A stretch of 64,000 bases of DNA from an uncultured Pirellulales bacterium (GTDB lineage Bacteria; Planctomycetota; Phycisphaerae; Sedimentisphaerales; Anaerobacaceae): assembly GCA_964520535.1 (NCBI GenBank), contig CAZFOQ010000002.1:32990-96989 (forward strand). Direction: 5' to 3'. The notes beneath the pieces are model-generated. The model saw only the letters and a program-made list of their open reading frames with translations, was not told the origin of the DNA and searched no databases. Positions 48,062 to 57,760 of the stretch are shown here, one piece after another (the stretch's first letter is position 1; every line of letters starts with the position of its first letter). The position numbers and the translations under genes were made by a program.

Positions 48062-48433
48062 TTATGCCGGTGTATAGAAAACATTTTTGCCGCCTATGCG
48101 AAACATGACGACATATGTGTCCGCCGCCAGGGTCCCCTGCTGATCGAAAGGCTCGGCCAGATTAAATGCCTGAATTTGCTGGCCGATTTCGACCGGCTCT
48201 GTGCCGGCATCGCTGATCACAATAACGATGACATTATAGAGATTATAGGAGGAATTACTTTTAACCTTGACCGCCCAGGCAATTGTTCCGGCACCGGGTG
48301 AAGTCACCATCGTTGTATCATGCGTCCTTTGTGATGGCGCTCGGGAAAGCTGCTCCAGCACCTGCCGTGCGTTCGTGTTGGATGTTGGCTCGCTCATGAT
48401 TTTCTCATCCGGATAATTTTCAAATTCGTACAC
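48062..48433 (-). CDS. hypothetical protein (123 aa), last gene of the phage-like module
   Basis: ORF in the co-directional cluster, overlapping the upstream gene by about 40 bp. No recognisable motif. Confidence 0.45.
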   Translation of the reverse strand: MYEFENYPDEKIMSEPTSNTNARQVLEQLSRAPSQRTHDTTMVTSPGAGTIAWAVKVKSNSSYNLYNVIVIVISDAGTEPVEIGQQIQAFNLAEPFDQQGTLAADTYVVMFRIGGKNVFYTPA

Positions 48434-50226
48434 TGCTTTTGAAAATCCATGTGCACACGCTCGATTCGGCTCCGGCTGCGGTTGTCCCTGCGGCAGGAAA
48501 GCAGGTCCCTGCTCTCGGGAGAAGCGCTCACTCTATCACCGAGACGATAATCAAAGGACAAATACGGCGTTTGAATCTCCGCTGTCTCGATGATCTCCGG
48601 CGACGTTTCCGCCGCCTTGCGGACAAACTCATAGAGGGCCTCGGAATCATCCACTTCATTCGGGACACCGAGCATCGGATCCGTACTATTGGCGAAGATG
48701 CTCTGGCCGCAAACTTTGCAGTATTTGAATTGTTTCGGCAGAGTCAGGATATGCTCAACAACTGGAACCACAGAATGAACCGGACCATCGGCCACAATGG
48801 CACTTAATCTCTTATCGCTGATGACCGACGCCGTGATTCGGAACCTCAGGCCTCCCTTGAGCAATGCCTCCCAGAGTTTTGTGCCGAGCCGCTCGCCGCT
48901 GAGCCAGACGCCGCATTCATCAGTTAGGGTATTGAAGGCATCGAGATACTGCCACCAGGTCAGGCCGTTATCATACGAGACCTGGAGATAATAGCCCAAC
49001 GATCTGCCCTGACTGTCGGTGGTCAGTGCCGGCCAAAAACGTTTGCGGCAATGGATGTAGTTTTCGCTCTGAAAAATCTTTGAAAAATCTAATGCGTCAC
49101 CCCGATAGTAAGGAGGGCCGCTATAATCGCCCGCCTCGTTCAAAGTCCATTTGCGATAGACATCCCGAACCTGATAGAAATCCGGATTCGTGGACGGCGA
49201 GAAATAGTCATAGCCGTTACTTTCGAGACTGCTGTCCCAGGCCATCTTTAATTCGAAGGTCCCTTCGAAGATTTTGTAATCGCCCAAACCGATATACTTG
49301 TGTGTCACCGGCCAGAAATTCTTACTACTGCTCAAACCGGCAATATTTGTCTTAGAGAGACTAAGCTGCTCGCCTGCTTTCTGACAATCCAATTCGACGA
49401 TTCTTCCCGTATCGGATTTATAAAATACAATCGCCTGAGCCGGTCCGGTCGGATTCATCCGGGGAACAAACTTAAAATCAAGACCAATTCTCTCGCAGCA
49501 GCGATGAAGAGCCTCCAAAAGACTCAATCCGGTGACATCGAGATCACGCACAATCTGGTTATCCGTCAACGCCTGCAAGCGGTTAAATTCCGGCATGTAC
49601 AGACAACCTGTCGGCAGATATTCGCTTAGAAGATAATCCATCGCCTGGGCATACGTCCAGAGCCTGCCTTGTGACACTTTCGGGCAGAAAACCGTATATT
49701 TTTTGCCGTTCATCTGCACCGGCGATTCGCTCGCATTGGGATTGCTGTCGGGATTAAAGATGGTATCAAAACCTTCCAAAAACACATTTGTTCCATCGGC
49801 ATTTGCAATTCGCTGGCCGAAGACTGTCACCCGCTTGAGGTTCGCACTAAAATCTCTGGCGATAATCTCGACAGTTTCATCGTCAGCTTGCAGTTGAGTT
49901 TTAATACTCTCGATATGTCCTTCAAAGACAGGATAGCTAAAAACCGCCGCTCCGGGAGCTACACCATTGTATAGGGCCCGAATGCTGATGGATTTGCCCA
50001 TAGGAAAAAGTGTTTCAATATCTTCGATAGCATTGAAACTGCCGTTCTCATACGCAGCGGAATTATATTTTAACCTAGCTCGGCTAAATTCCGGCCAGCC
50101 GTCACGAACAATCTCGAGTGGCTCCAGAGCCGGGCACAATATACCATCAACAAAAATACAGACAGAAGCAGCCGGCAGTGCCAGTGATGTTTGCTCTGAT
50201 TGAAAAAAGTCGATTCGATTGGACAT
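48394..50226 (-). CDS. large hypothetical structural protein (610 aa), phage tail/baseplate-like
   Basis: Long ORF. No NTP-binding motif (no GxxxxGK[ST]), so it is not a terminase. Lies downstream of the LamG fibre-like gene. Confidence 0.5.
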   Translation of the reverse strand: MSNRIDFFQSEQTSLALPAASVCIFVDGILCPALEPLEIVRDGWPEFSRARLKYNSAAYENGSFNAIEDIETLFPMGKSISIRALYNGVAPGAAVFSYPVFEGHIESIKTQLQADDETVEIIARDFSANLKRVTVFGQRIANADGTNVFLEGFDTIFNPDSNPNASESPVQMNGKKYTVFCPKVSQGRLWTYAQAMDYLLSEYLPTGCLYMPEFNRLQALTDNQIVRDLDVTGLSLLEALHRCCERIGLDFKFVPRMNPTGPAQAIVFYKSDTGRIVELDCQKAGEQLSLSKTNIAGLSSSKNFWPVTHKYIGLGDYKIFEGTFELKMAWDSSLESNGYDYFSPSTNPDFYQVRDVYRKWTLNEAGDYSGPPYYRGDALDFSKIFQSENYIHCRKRFWPALTTDSQGRSLGYYLQVSYDNGLTWWQYLDAFNTLTDECGVWLSGERLGTKLWEALLKGGLRFRITASVISDKRLSAIVADGPVHSVVPVVEHILTLPKQFKYCKVCGQSIFANSTDPMLGVPNEVDDSEALYEFVRKAAETSPEIIETAEIQTPYLSFDYRLGDRVSASPESRDLLSCRRDNRSRSRIERVHMDFQKQCTNLKIIRMRKS

Positions 50227-50270
50227 ATTTCGCTTCTCGTACTTATCCCTGATTTCACCGGGCGACTATA

Positions 50271-51782
50271 TCAAATACTTTTGACCTTTATAATATCGAT
50301 TGGATTGGGATTTGCCGAATCGAGTTGAATCCTTAACTGTGACAAAGATTCGTTCTCGATCCCATCAGGACTTTCAGCTCGTACGGCAAAAAGATATTGA
50401 TCGGCTTCGAGTGCATGACTTTCATAGATGTAAAATTTTCGTCCCCGATATTCAATTGTAGCCAGCGGATTTTCGTAGTCGATTTGACCTGAGGCATTAT
50501 CGTAATAAATCCTGAAACAAACCGGCTGTGATTTCTGCTCGAGCTGGCAATAATACAAGATAATCCTTATCTTATTTCCTGCGACCCGCTCCACTGTTGA
50601 TACAAAAACTTTATTGGGATGCGGCCCCTCAAGACCGCCGTCTGATGTTATCGTGATTTTCACCGCAGCGGCTATAGTCCGCTCCTGACAGCCACAATTG
50701 TTGAATCGGCGAACGATATAAAAACAGGTCGAGTCAGCATCATGTGGGATATAGGTCGGCGGATTGATATCATCGGCATCCGGCTCGGAGACAACCAGGA
50801 TATTATCAAAGTCGATTTGTACCATCGAGGGGCCACGATAAAGTGTCGTACAGCCGTTAACACGAATCCAGAACCAACCCAGACTCAAAACCGTGCCCAA
50901 CTTAAAGGCATTGGCGGTCATTCCATTAAATAATGCATCGTAAATCCAAAACCTTTCTAACTCCGGCAATCTGCAAATTGATGTCAACTGACCCTTTACT
51001 GTAGATTGTGCACTGATTGCACCAGCGAGGTAAACTACAGTTACAGGGACATGCATTGAGACCGACGCAACATCATCGAACATTGCAAACGGTTCCCGAT
51101 AGAGCCAGGCAATTTCCCGGGCAGACAGGACACGATTATAAAGCATTACATGGTCGATAATACCCGACATATAAGCGCCGGGAGTTGAATCCGCAGTCGC
51201 CCCTATATGCGTTCGGTCCACAGGCGGAACGGCACAAGCAGTTGCATTTGTACCTTCATTTCCCCCATCAATATATGCTCTTCGATCACTGTTAGAAACA
51301 AATACAGCTACACACTGATGCCAAATACCGACTGAGAAAGCCTTCGTCGCAACAGCAGTGCCACCGCTCCAGTCGGTATCACGTATGAAAGCAGCAACCG
51401 GATTCCCGGACCACGTTCCCAGCATACCGAGAAGAATGTTACCCGCTTCTGCTCCTGAATAACCAATATCTAAAATCACATTGTCGGTATTTGTGTTATC
51501 ACTTTTAGCCCAACTGACAATTGAAATGGGAAGTTGAGTTAATATTGCAGAACTATATTGCAGATATTCACCGCTCCCACTATTAAACAATAAACCGCCT
51601 CCATATTTACTATTCGACCACTCCGGAGAACCGTTGCCGATATCGAAATTATTCTTCATTCCGCTCGAATCAAGAAATATACTGCCGGACCTTTCATTGA
51701 AAAGCCAGCAACCGACTAATCCCCGAGCAAGCGGATGGCTTCGGTTTATTTGTATTGCTCTTAGAGGTTTAAGAAGTGACAT
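50271..51782 (-). CDS. LamG/concanavalin-A-like lectin domain protein (phage tail-fibre/receptor-binding-like) with a C-terminal IYYDNASGQIDYENPL domain
   Basis: 503 aa. LamG_3-like segment LLFNSGSGEYLQYS...VSWAKSDN...GIWHQCVAVFVSNSDRRAYIDGG...MSGIIDHVMLYNRVLSAREIAWLY. The C-terminus shares the IY[YF]DNxxGxIDYENPL motif with the 53973-54749 protein. Confidence 0.6.
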   Translation of the reverse strand: MSLLKPLRAIQINRSHPLARGLVGCWLFNERSGSIFLDSSGMKNNFDIGNGSPEWSNSKYGGGLLFNSGSGEYLQYSSAILTQLPISIVSWAKSDNTNTDNVILDIGYSGAEAGNILLGMLGTWSGNPVAAFIRDTDWSGGTAVATKAFSVGIWHQCVAVFVSNSDRRAYIDGGNEGTNATACAVPPVDRTHIGATADSTPGAYMSGIIDHVMLYNRVLSAREIAWLYREPFAMFDDVASVSMHVPVTVVYLAGAISAQSTVKGQLTSICRLPELERFWIYDALFNGMTANAFKLGTVLSLGWFWIRVNGCTTLYRGPSMVQIDFDNILVVSEPDADDINPPTYIPHDADSTCFYIVRRFNNCGCQERTIAAAVKITITSDGGLEGPHPNKVFVSTVERVAGNKIRIILYYCQLEQKSQPVCFRIYYDNASGQIDYENPLATIEYRGRKFYIYESHALEADQYLFAVRAESPDGIENESLSQLRIQLDSANPNPIDIIKVKSI

Positions 51783-51809
51783 TTATTGTTTTTCCGTAAA
51801 CACAACTGT

Positions 51810-52202
51810 TTAAGCAGTGATATAATTCCATGCCTGAACATAAGCTCTGACATTGTGACTATCTGTTGAACCTGTCTGTTGCACGCCGATCCTGAAATGA
51901 GCCAGATCCCTGACGATAAAGCTCAACTGTTGTGGGTCCGTACTTTTATCTCCCTGCATCTCCCAGATAGGCGTGTCATCATAATTGGAGCCATCGAGGC
52001 AGCCATAGAGCTTGATCTTGACCTCATCCGTCGGGGATGCATCATAGTCAATTTCCACGACCAGATGTACTCCCTCATAGCCGTTTGTCTCCAAATCAAC
52101 ATCCGAAGAAAAGACTTCAGTCGTTCCGGATAAAGTTACCCAACCATCTCCGGTTCCGATGATCTGACTTTGAGAAGCCCAGTTCTTACTTATAGTTGCC
52201 AT
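51810..52202 (-). CDS. hypothetical protein (130 aa), phage-like module
   Basis: ORF in the cluster. Confidence 0.45.
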   Translation of the reverse strand: MATISKNWASQSQIIGTGDGWVTLSGTTEVFSSDVDLETNGYEGVHLVVEIDYDASPTDEVKIKLYGCLDGSNYDDTPIWEMQGDKSTDPQQLSFIVRDLAHFRIGVQQTGSTDSHNVRAYVQAWNYITA

Positions 52203-52347
52203 TACTCGCTCCTTATTTGTTTTTGTATCTTATTAATCCAGGCTCAGGACCAAATCACCTGCCGCAAATTTTACGATGTCTCCACTGCCGATGGATTTTG
52301 ACGGACTTAGTTCGCCGCAAGCCAGCATATTTCCACCTGCGACGGCA

Positions 52348-52623
52348 TCAAACAAAATAAGTCATTGTCCCCCAATTGCCGGTCGCCATTGGAAAGATTA
52401 TCTCATTGGCATTATCTAATGAACCGCTTAAAGCGGCATTCCAATCACCGGCGGAAGTTTGTACTCGTGCATATGCATTTCCGCTCGGCTCGGCCAGAGA
52501 CAAACCATCATCGGCCGGATCTCCTATGGATAATCCCACGTAAATCGTCGGAGGCGTTAATGTGGCTTTGCTAAAAAGATAGTCTATGATTCTATCTTCC
52601 CAATAATCTGAAAAACTTCCCAT
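52348..52623 (-). CDS. hypothetical protein (91 aa), phage-like module
   Basis: ORF in the cluster. Confidence 0.35.
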   Translation of the reverse strand: MGSFSDYWEDRIIDYLFSKATLTPPTIYVGLSIGDPADDGLSLAEPSGNAYARVQTSAGDWNAALSGSLDNANEIIFPMATGNWGTMTYFV

Positions 52624-52651
52624 GTCCCTATCCCCTCGTTATTGCCGTTAT

Positions 52652-53137
52652 TTATTCCGGCGTTTTTGTGATACTCGATTGACTTTCGGATGGAGTATGA
52701 GTCACCAGCACCGTTTGCCCATCATCATCGTAATACTGGATTTGTCCGCTTAATTTGTTCTGAACGGCCTTATTGGCAAGCAATTTCTCGGCGGTGATTT
52801 TTCCTGAGCCCGACCAGACAATCTCGCTACTTTCCACGAATGTATCGCCATCTGCGGGATTAGCGCCGGCCTGCAGGAATATCTGGATGGAATATCTCCC
52901 TGACGAAATATTGCTATCGAAGTCTCCTACATATCTGCACCCGTCCTTGTCCGTCAGGCTGATATCATAATCGTCGGCATCTCGGCTGTCCGTCCCCCAA
53001 TCTTCGAAAACCTGCCCCGCCACGTACCAAACTTGTCCTGCGGAGTTTCGGACAATGGAATAAAGGGTATTACCGGATACGTAATCTGCTTGTATTTCGT
53101 TCGGCATTTGAGAACTCCAGTGAAATTCCTCAATCAA
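52652..53137 (-). CDS. hypothetical protein (161 aa), phage-like module
   Basis: ORF in the cluster. Confidence 0.45.
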   Translation of the reverse strand: MIEEFHWSSQMPNEIQADYVSGNTLYSIVRNSAGQVWYVAGQVFEDWGTDSRDADDYDISLTDKDGCRYVGDFDSNISSGRYSIQIFLQAGANPADGDTFVESSEIVWSGSGKITAEKLLANKAVQNKLSGQIQYYDDDGQTVLVTHTPSESQSSITKTPE

Positions 53138-53165
53138 TTGAGGGGCTATATACTTTTAACTTATG

Positions 53166-53954
53166 TTATGTTTCCTCAGTCCAGGTCCCGTTCTTGGCGA
53201 TAGTCACCCAGTCACCATTAGCATCGGCTATCAGGCTCAGGCTTTCACCTATTGCATTCGCGGATTTATATTTGCCTGCCGTCTGGCCACTATCGTCCCG
53301 AATCGTCGCCGAGCCGGGATCGATGTGTAATTCCTGTGCCGCCTGCACGGCAAAATGAAAGATGGTTCCAGCCTGTGCCGAAGCCGGTAGCGTTAGTGTC
53401 ACTGTTGTAGTTGCCCCCAGGTTGGTGTGAACGCTGCCGGATTCGGACTCTGTGAGTGTGTCATCGGTGGTGTGCACCTCGATGGTCTTTGTCAGGCCGC
53501 CAGCACCATATGGCATCAAAACATTATGACCGGCCCGGCAATCAGTGATCGAATCGATATCACCGCCGGAGGTGGACACAATCGCCAAACGGATATGCGG
53601 CGTTACCGCCATATCGGGAAAATCATCGTATTCGTTAGTGACAAGACTACCGGCAGAATCCAGATAGATGTAAATATCCTGCTTATCATCCGCCAAAGTA
53701 TTGCCCGAAGAACCTCCGAAACTGATAAGCTCCGTCCCCAGCCAGAACTTTCCCGCCTTGACACCGATGTCCAGACCGCCTTCGTCATAGACTCTTAGGT
53801 CGTTTGACCGGCAAGTCGCCAGTAACAGCCGATATAACAGCTTTCTGAAATGCAGGTAATACGGCGCTGTCCCGGTCGGGATATATTCTACGCCGGTCTC
53901 GCTTTCGGCTTGCAGGTTCAGCAGTTCATTATCCGACGGATATGTTTCAGCCAT
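53166..53954 (-). CDS. hypothetical protein (262 aa), phage-like module
   Basis: ORF in the cluster. Confidence 0.5.
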   Translation of the reverse strand: MAETYPSDNELLNLQAESETGVEYIPTGTAPYYLHFRKLLYRLLLATCRSNDLRVYDEGGLDIGVKAGKFWLGTELISFGGSSGNTLADDKQDIYIYLDSAGSLVTNEYDDFPDMAVTPHIRLAIVSTSGGDIDSITDCRAGHNVLMPYGAGGLTKTIEVHTTDDTLTESESGSVHTNLGATTTVTLTLPASAQAGTIFHFAVQAAQELHIDPGSATIRDDSGQTAGKYKSANAIGESLSLIADANGDWVTIAKNGTWTEET

Positions 53955-53972
53955 AACGTCCTCCCTATGCTT

Positions 53973-54749
53973 CTATAGAATGTTCAAAACCAGTTCATTT
54001 GTCTGTTTGTCAAACGATGAAATCTCCAATCCCTCGGCCGGCCTTGCAGCAGGCGTCACTGTAATCGGCCCGGTTTCAGTCACGTTGCTGGAGTTGCCTT
54101 TTTCATCAACGACTATGACGGCAAACTTATAAACACCGGCATCCAGCGGCGGGCTGGTCCATTGGATCGTATCCGCATCGAGTCCGAACAGGCCATATCC
54201 GAAGCTTCCCTTGCCGAATCCAATCGCGGCGGCACCATCATAACCAAAGTCACTGATCCCGAACTGGCTCATTCCAAAGCCGGCCTTGTCCTGCCAGGCA
54301 GGCCAGAGACGAATGGGCGGATCTGTGAGTGGATTTTCGTAATCGATTTCGCCGGTGCAATTATCGAAGTATATTTGTGCCGTTGCTTCAGGTGGCAAAT
54401 CATGGCTTCTCAGCATAGATATTTTCACTCGTCCACTGTCACCATGTGAATCGTCAAGCTCGTCACTGAAATCGATGTCCGCATCCTGAGCCTGAACGGC
54501 AAAAACTTCAATCCTCACCGCACAAGTCAAAAAACTCGGTACCGGGACAATCATTTGCCTTTGCTCGGTATCGAGCGTTGTGCTGGCAAATTTTCCGTTT
54601 ACATAAATTTGATAAAACACCTCCTGTAAAACCGACCGCCATCGAACCAAAGCAACTCGCGGAGCTGGAACGGGACACCCATCCGCCCAGATACCGTCGG
54701 GCAATACAAAAGCTCGAACCGAACTGATGCCGTTACTAATAAGTGACAT
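53973..54749 (-). CDS. hypothetical structural protein (258 aa) sharing the IYFDNCTGEIDYENPL motif with the LamG protein
   Basis: ORF in the cluster. Motif IYFDNCTGEIDYENPLTDPP versus IYYDNASGQIDYENPLATIE. Gly/Phe-rich segment GFGKGSFGYGLFGLD. Confidence 0.5.
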   Translation of the reverse strand: MSLISNGISSVRAFVLPDGIWADGCPVPAPRVALVRWRSVLQEVFYQIYVNGKFASTTLDTEQRQMIVPVPSFLTCAVRIEVFAVQAQDADIDFSDELDDSHGDSGRVKISMLRSHDLPPEATAQIYFDNCTGEIDYENPLTDPPIRLWPAWQDKAGFGMSQFGISDFGYDGAAAIGFGKGSFGYGLFGLDADTIQWTSPPLDAGVYKFAVIVVDEKGNSSNVTETGPITVTPAARPAEGLEISSFDKQTNELVLNIL

Positions 54750-54760
54750 AATAGTGCTCT

Positions 54761-55129
54761 TTAGGTCAATTGTGTGTAAGTGATTTCATAGTCGACGACG
54801 ATGAAAGCCCCGTCCAGCCGCTCATCCGTCACCTGAAAAAAATCCATTCGAAGATGATCAAATTCTCTTCCATCCTCGGTGACAAGAGTATGCGTTTTCC
54901 CATCCATATAATTCGATATGGCACTGATTCTATCGTCTACTTTTACCCTGCTTTTGGCTCGCAAAGTTCCTGTTTGTTTGACTTTTCTGCCGCGTTGGCC
55001 AAGATCAATGGTCAATACGCCGTCCAGGCCCGGCACAGCTTTTTCTATCGAATCCCGGCGAAAACTCCCGGCCTCGAACACCAACTGCTGCTGGTCAAAT
55101 ACTGCTTGTCCGTCTATTGTTGTACTCAT
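54761..55129 (-). CDS. hypothetical protein (122 aa), phage-like module
   Basis: ORF in the cluster. Confidence 0.45.
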   Translation of the reverse strand: MSTTIDGQAVFDQQQLVFEAGSFRRDSIEKAVPGLDGVLTIDLGQRGRKVKQTGTLRAKSRVKVDDRISAISNYMDGKTHTLVTEDGREFDHLRMDFFQVTDERLDGAFIVVDYEITYTQLT

Positions 55130-55141
55130 TTGGTTTCGCCT

Positions 55142-55798
55142 TTAATCCCGCATTAATCTGCCGGATGCCCCGATCTGAGTGACATCAACCACGCCGTCGG
55201 TACCAAGGTCGAGACTGAGTCGCGTTCGTTCTTTTGCCCTTGTAAAGAGCCTCTGATAGTGCAGGGACTTTTTCCAGAAATTCTCATCATCAGCTTTACC
55301 TGCCAGCATGGCATACACGCACGAAAGTACGGCAAAAACTGATGCCTGCCTCAGCACACTCGTATCCAGAACATCTTCGATGTCATAATCGGACGACGGA
55401 TTTCCCGGACGGATACCGAAATATTCAGTTATTTGAAATCCAACCTCATTGGCCTGAGGCGCCAAGGTACTGACACGGTATGAGACATTTGTTGCCGCCG
55501 GTGGTGCGATGGCATTGGCTTGAGAATCCGACCTGATTATCGAAACACTCAGTTGCGTCGCCGAGTCCACTGAAACAATCTCGTAAGCTCCGTCCAGCGT
55601 CCCATCTTCTGACTGAAGATAGATCACGCCGCCCGCCGAGACCTGAGCAGAGATAAAATCTTCGCCGGATGCGGTGAAGGTTGTTCCGCTGAGAGCCCCC
55701 CCTGTCCCCTCAGTCAGGACTTGCCATGGAAGATGAAGCTGCCCGAAAAGCATTGGCTCATATATCAAAATATCCGCATCGTTCGAAAAGCTAACCAT
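55142..55798 (-). CDS. hypothetical protein (218 aa), phage-like module (head-tail connector or tail tubular candidate)
   Basis: ORF immediately downstream of the capsid-like gene. Confidence 0.45.
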   Translation of the reverse strand: MVSFSNDADILIYEPMLFGQLHLPWQVLTEGTGGALSGTTFTASGEDFISAQVSAGGVIYLQSEDGTLDGAYEIVSVDSATQLSVSIIRSDSQANAIAPPAATNVSYRVSTLAPQANEVGFQITEYFGIRPGNPSSDYDIEDVLDTSVLRQASVFAVLSCVYAMLAGKADDENFWKKSLHYQRLFTRAKERTRLSLDLGTDGVVDVTQIGASGRLMRD

Positions 55799-55826
55799 TT
55801 TTGTTTGTCCTTGTTATTTTCTTCTT

Positions 55827-55874
55827 GTTATTCTGAGCGGAACGCTCTTTACATTGTCATTCTGAGCGGAACGC
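55827..55874. repeat. two 19-bp direct repeats (GTYATTCTGAGCGGAACGC) in the spacer downstream of the capsid-like gene
   Basis: 55827-55845 gttattctgagcggaacgc and 55856-55874 gtcattctgagcggaacgc. They share the core TGTCATYCTGAGC with the tandem repeat at the window end. Confidence 0.5.
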
Positions 55875-55976
55875 AGTGGAGTCGAAGAATCTGGCCTGGT
55901 GGTTTAATATCATTCTCGAAATTAACTTTGCAATCATCGGCCAGATCCTTCGTTATCGCTCAGGATGACAAGCCCT

Positions 55977-57131
55977 TTAACTTGTGCTCAAGTCGCGAAT
56001 CAGGCCGTGGGCCGCTTCATTTTTCAGCTCGACGGTATATTCGCCGATTAGTTCACCGCACTCATAATCTCCACTGCTGGCCAGAGGTTTGAAATGGAAA
56101 CTCCGCCCGGCCAACGGCAGAACGTTGATGCGGGATGAATCCAGCAACAGCACCGCATCGGCTGGCAGCCATCGGGTCGTAATAATCCGGCACACACCGA
56201 AGTCACTCTCATAAATGCTGATCATATCGGTGAAAGTCGTATCGTTGGCGCCGAAGCTCCTGCTGTTGGCGGAAAAGGCGTTGATCTTTCGTTTCTGAAA
56301 ACCGCCGACCACAATCAGGTCCACATTACCACTGCTGTTGTTCCAGATTTGTCGAAGTACATAATTAATTTTGTCTTCATCAAGATCTGTGCCGGATGGA
56401 AAGCCGCTGTCACCGGTGTGGAAGACATTCATCGAGAAGTGCTGAATAATTCCCTTCATCGACCTTCGTACCGAGCCGCTGCCCTCGGGATTACTGGCCG
56501 GCTGGCCGCCGTTGATAACTGTATTTTCCAAATCGCGAATCATCTCTCGCAACCGTTCCTGCTTTTGAAAATCCAGCTCGTCGGCCAATCCCAACTGACT
56601 TGCCGCCATATCTGTGCCGCTAACCTCGACAGTCGCAGTAAATATCTGTGTGTAGTTGCCGCACCGGCTGCGGTTGGTGAACCGAGCACTGGGTTTGTCC
56701 GCCCCTTCGAGAGCCGCGTTTCCGAGAATATTGATGACCTGGTCATCGGCCAGGTCCTCGGCGGTTGTACCGGCATAGCCGCGGACAACCGTCAATGTAT
56801 TGCTGTTGATTGCCGTGACGAGCATTAATTCCTCACTACCAGCGATCTGAATCTGGTCGCCAATGCGAAATCGGCTTCCGTTATCGACAACAAAATCCGT
56901 GTCAGTGCTCGGATCAGTATACGTGCTGTCATTGACCGCGTCTTTGTTCGGCAGAAGTTCATCTTCGAGCCACTCGTGATGCGTGCTTCGGGCCTCCCGC
57001 ATCGGGTCACCCAGAGCATCCAGCAAAGGAGTCTCATAAGGCGTAATAAGCCCGATGATATCCGATACATCCTCAGCCAGCTCCGGCAGAGTCGTCCCTG
57101 CTGTATATGTCGCTTTTCCTGTAAATGCCAT
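55977..57131 (-). CDS. phage major-capsid-protein-like protein (384 aa)
   Basis: Its size, its position after a coiled-coil scaffold-like gene and a portal-like gene, and the 178-bp spacer with repeats downstream (typical of highly expressed capsid genes) support the call. No definitive motif. Confidence 0.4.
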   Translation of the reverse strand: MAFTGKATYTAGTTLPELAEDVSDIIGLITPYETPLLDALGDPMREARSTHHEWLEDELLPNKDAVNDSTYTDPSTDTDFVVDNGSRFRIGDQIQIAGSEELMLVTAINSNTLTVVRGYAGTTAEDLADDQVINILGNAALEGADKPSARFTNRSRCGNYTQIFTATVEVSGTDMAASQLGLADELDFQKQERLREMIRDLENTVINGGQPASNPEGSGSVRRSMKGIIQHFSMNVFHTGDSGFPSGTDLDEDKINYVLRQIWNNSSGNVDLIVVGGFQKRKINAFSANSRSFGANDTTFTDMISIYESDFGVCRIITTRWLPADAVLLLDSSRINVLPLAGRSFHFKPLASSGDYECGELIGEYTVELKNEAAHGLIRDLSTS

Positions 57132-57199
57132 TTTCTTTTCTCCTGTTTAAACCTCCCAGTAACACCGGGGGCTAATTATTACTTTTCATCGTTACTTTT

Positions 57200-57715
57200 T
57201 CATAAATAGTTTCTTCGCAGTTTCAGATACTCATGCAAATCTGTTCGATTTCCTGTTGTCGCCGCTTTTTTTGCCGCCCTTTCGAGGATGGTATGAACGT
57301 TAGTTGAACGCTCCTTAGCTCCGGCGGTCTTTGTCGCCGTCACGAGCTCATCGGTTGGACTGAATAGATATTGCTTTTCCTTCTTTAACTGCTCAATTAC
57401 AGCATCCGGATCCGCTTCTTTGTTACCCTGCAACCTGGCTTTGGCAAGCAGCACTGCCGATTCAATATCAACCGCTCCGGCAGAAATTAATTTATGCATC
57501 AACGTTTGCTCGGCTTGGATGTCACTCAATTGCTCAGAGAGTTTTACTGTATTCTCCTGTGCCTGGGCCAATTGCTCGGTCAGGGATTCAACTTTTTTCT
57601 CGGCACTCTGTGCTCTTTTACGATAGCGGATCGATTCGGCCACCGGGACCAACTTCACGCTGTCGGCTTCTGATGTTTCGACGATGTCGTCTGACAAAAC
57701 TTCCTGTGTCTCCAT
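57200..57715 (-). CDS. phage scaffolding-like protein (171 aa, acidic coiled-coil)
   Basis: Highly charged helical sequence (ESLTEQLAQAQENTVKLSEQLSDIQAEQTLM...) between the portal-like and capsid-like genes. Confidence 0.4.
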   Translation of the reverse strand: METQEVLSDDIVETSEADSVKLVPVAESIRYRKRAQSAEKKVESLTEQLAQAQENTVKLSEQLSDIQAEQTLMHKLISAGAVDIESAVLLAKARLQGNKEADPDAVIEQLKKEKQYLFSPTDELVTATKTAGAKERSTNVHTILERAAKKAATTGNRTDLHEYLKLRRNYL

Positions 57716-57760
57716 TAGACTGTTACCTCCAGAGCCTCAATCAATCAGGGGCTCAATATC

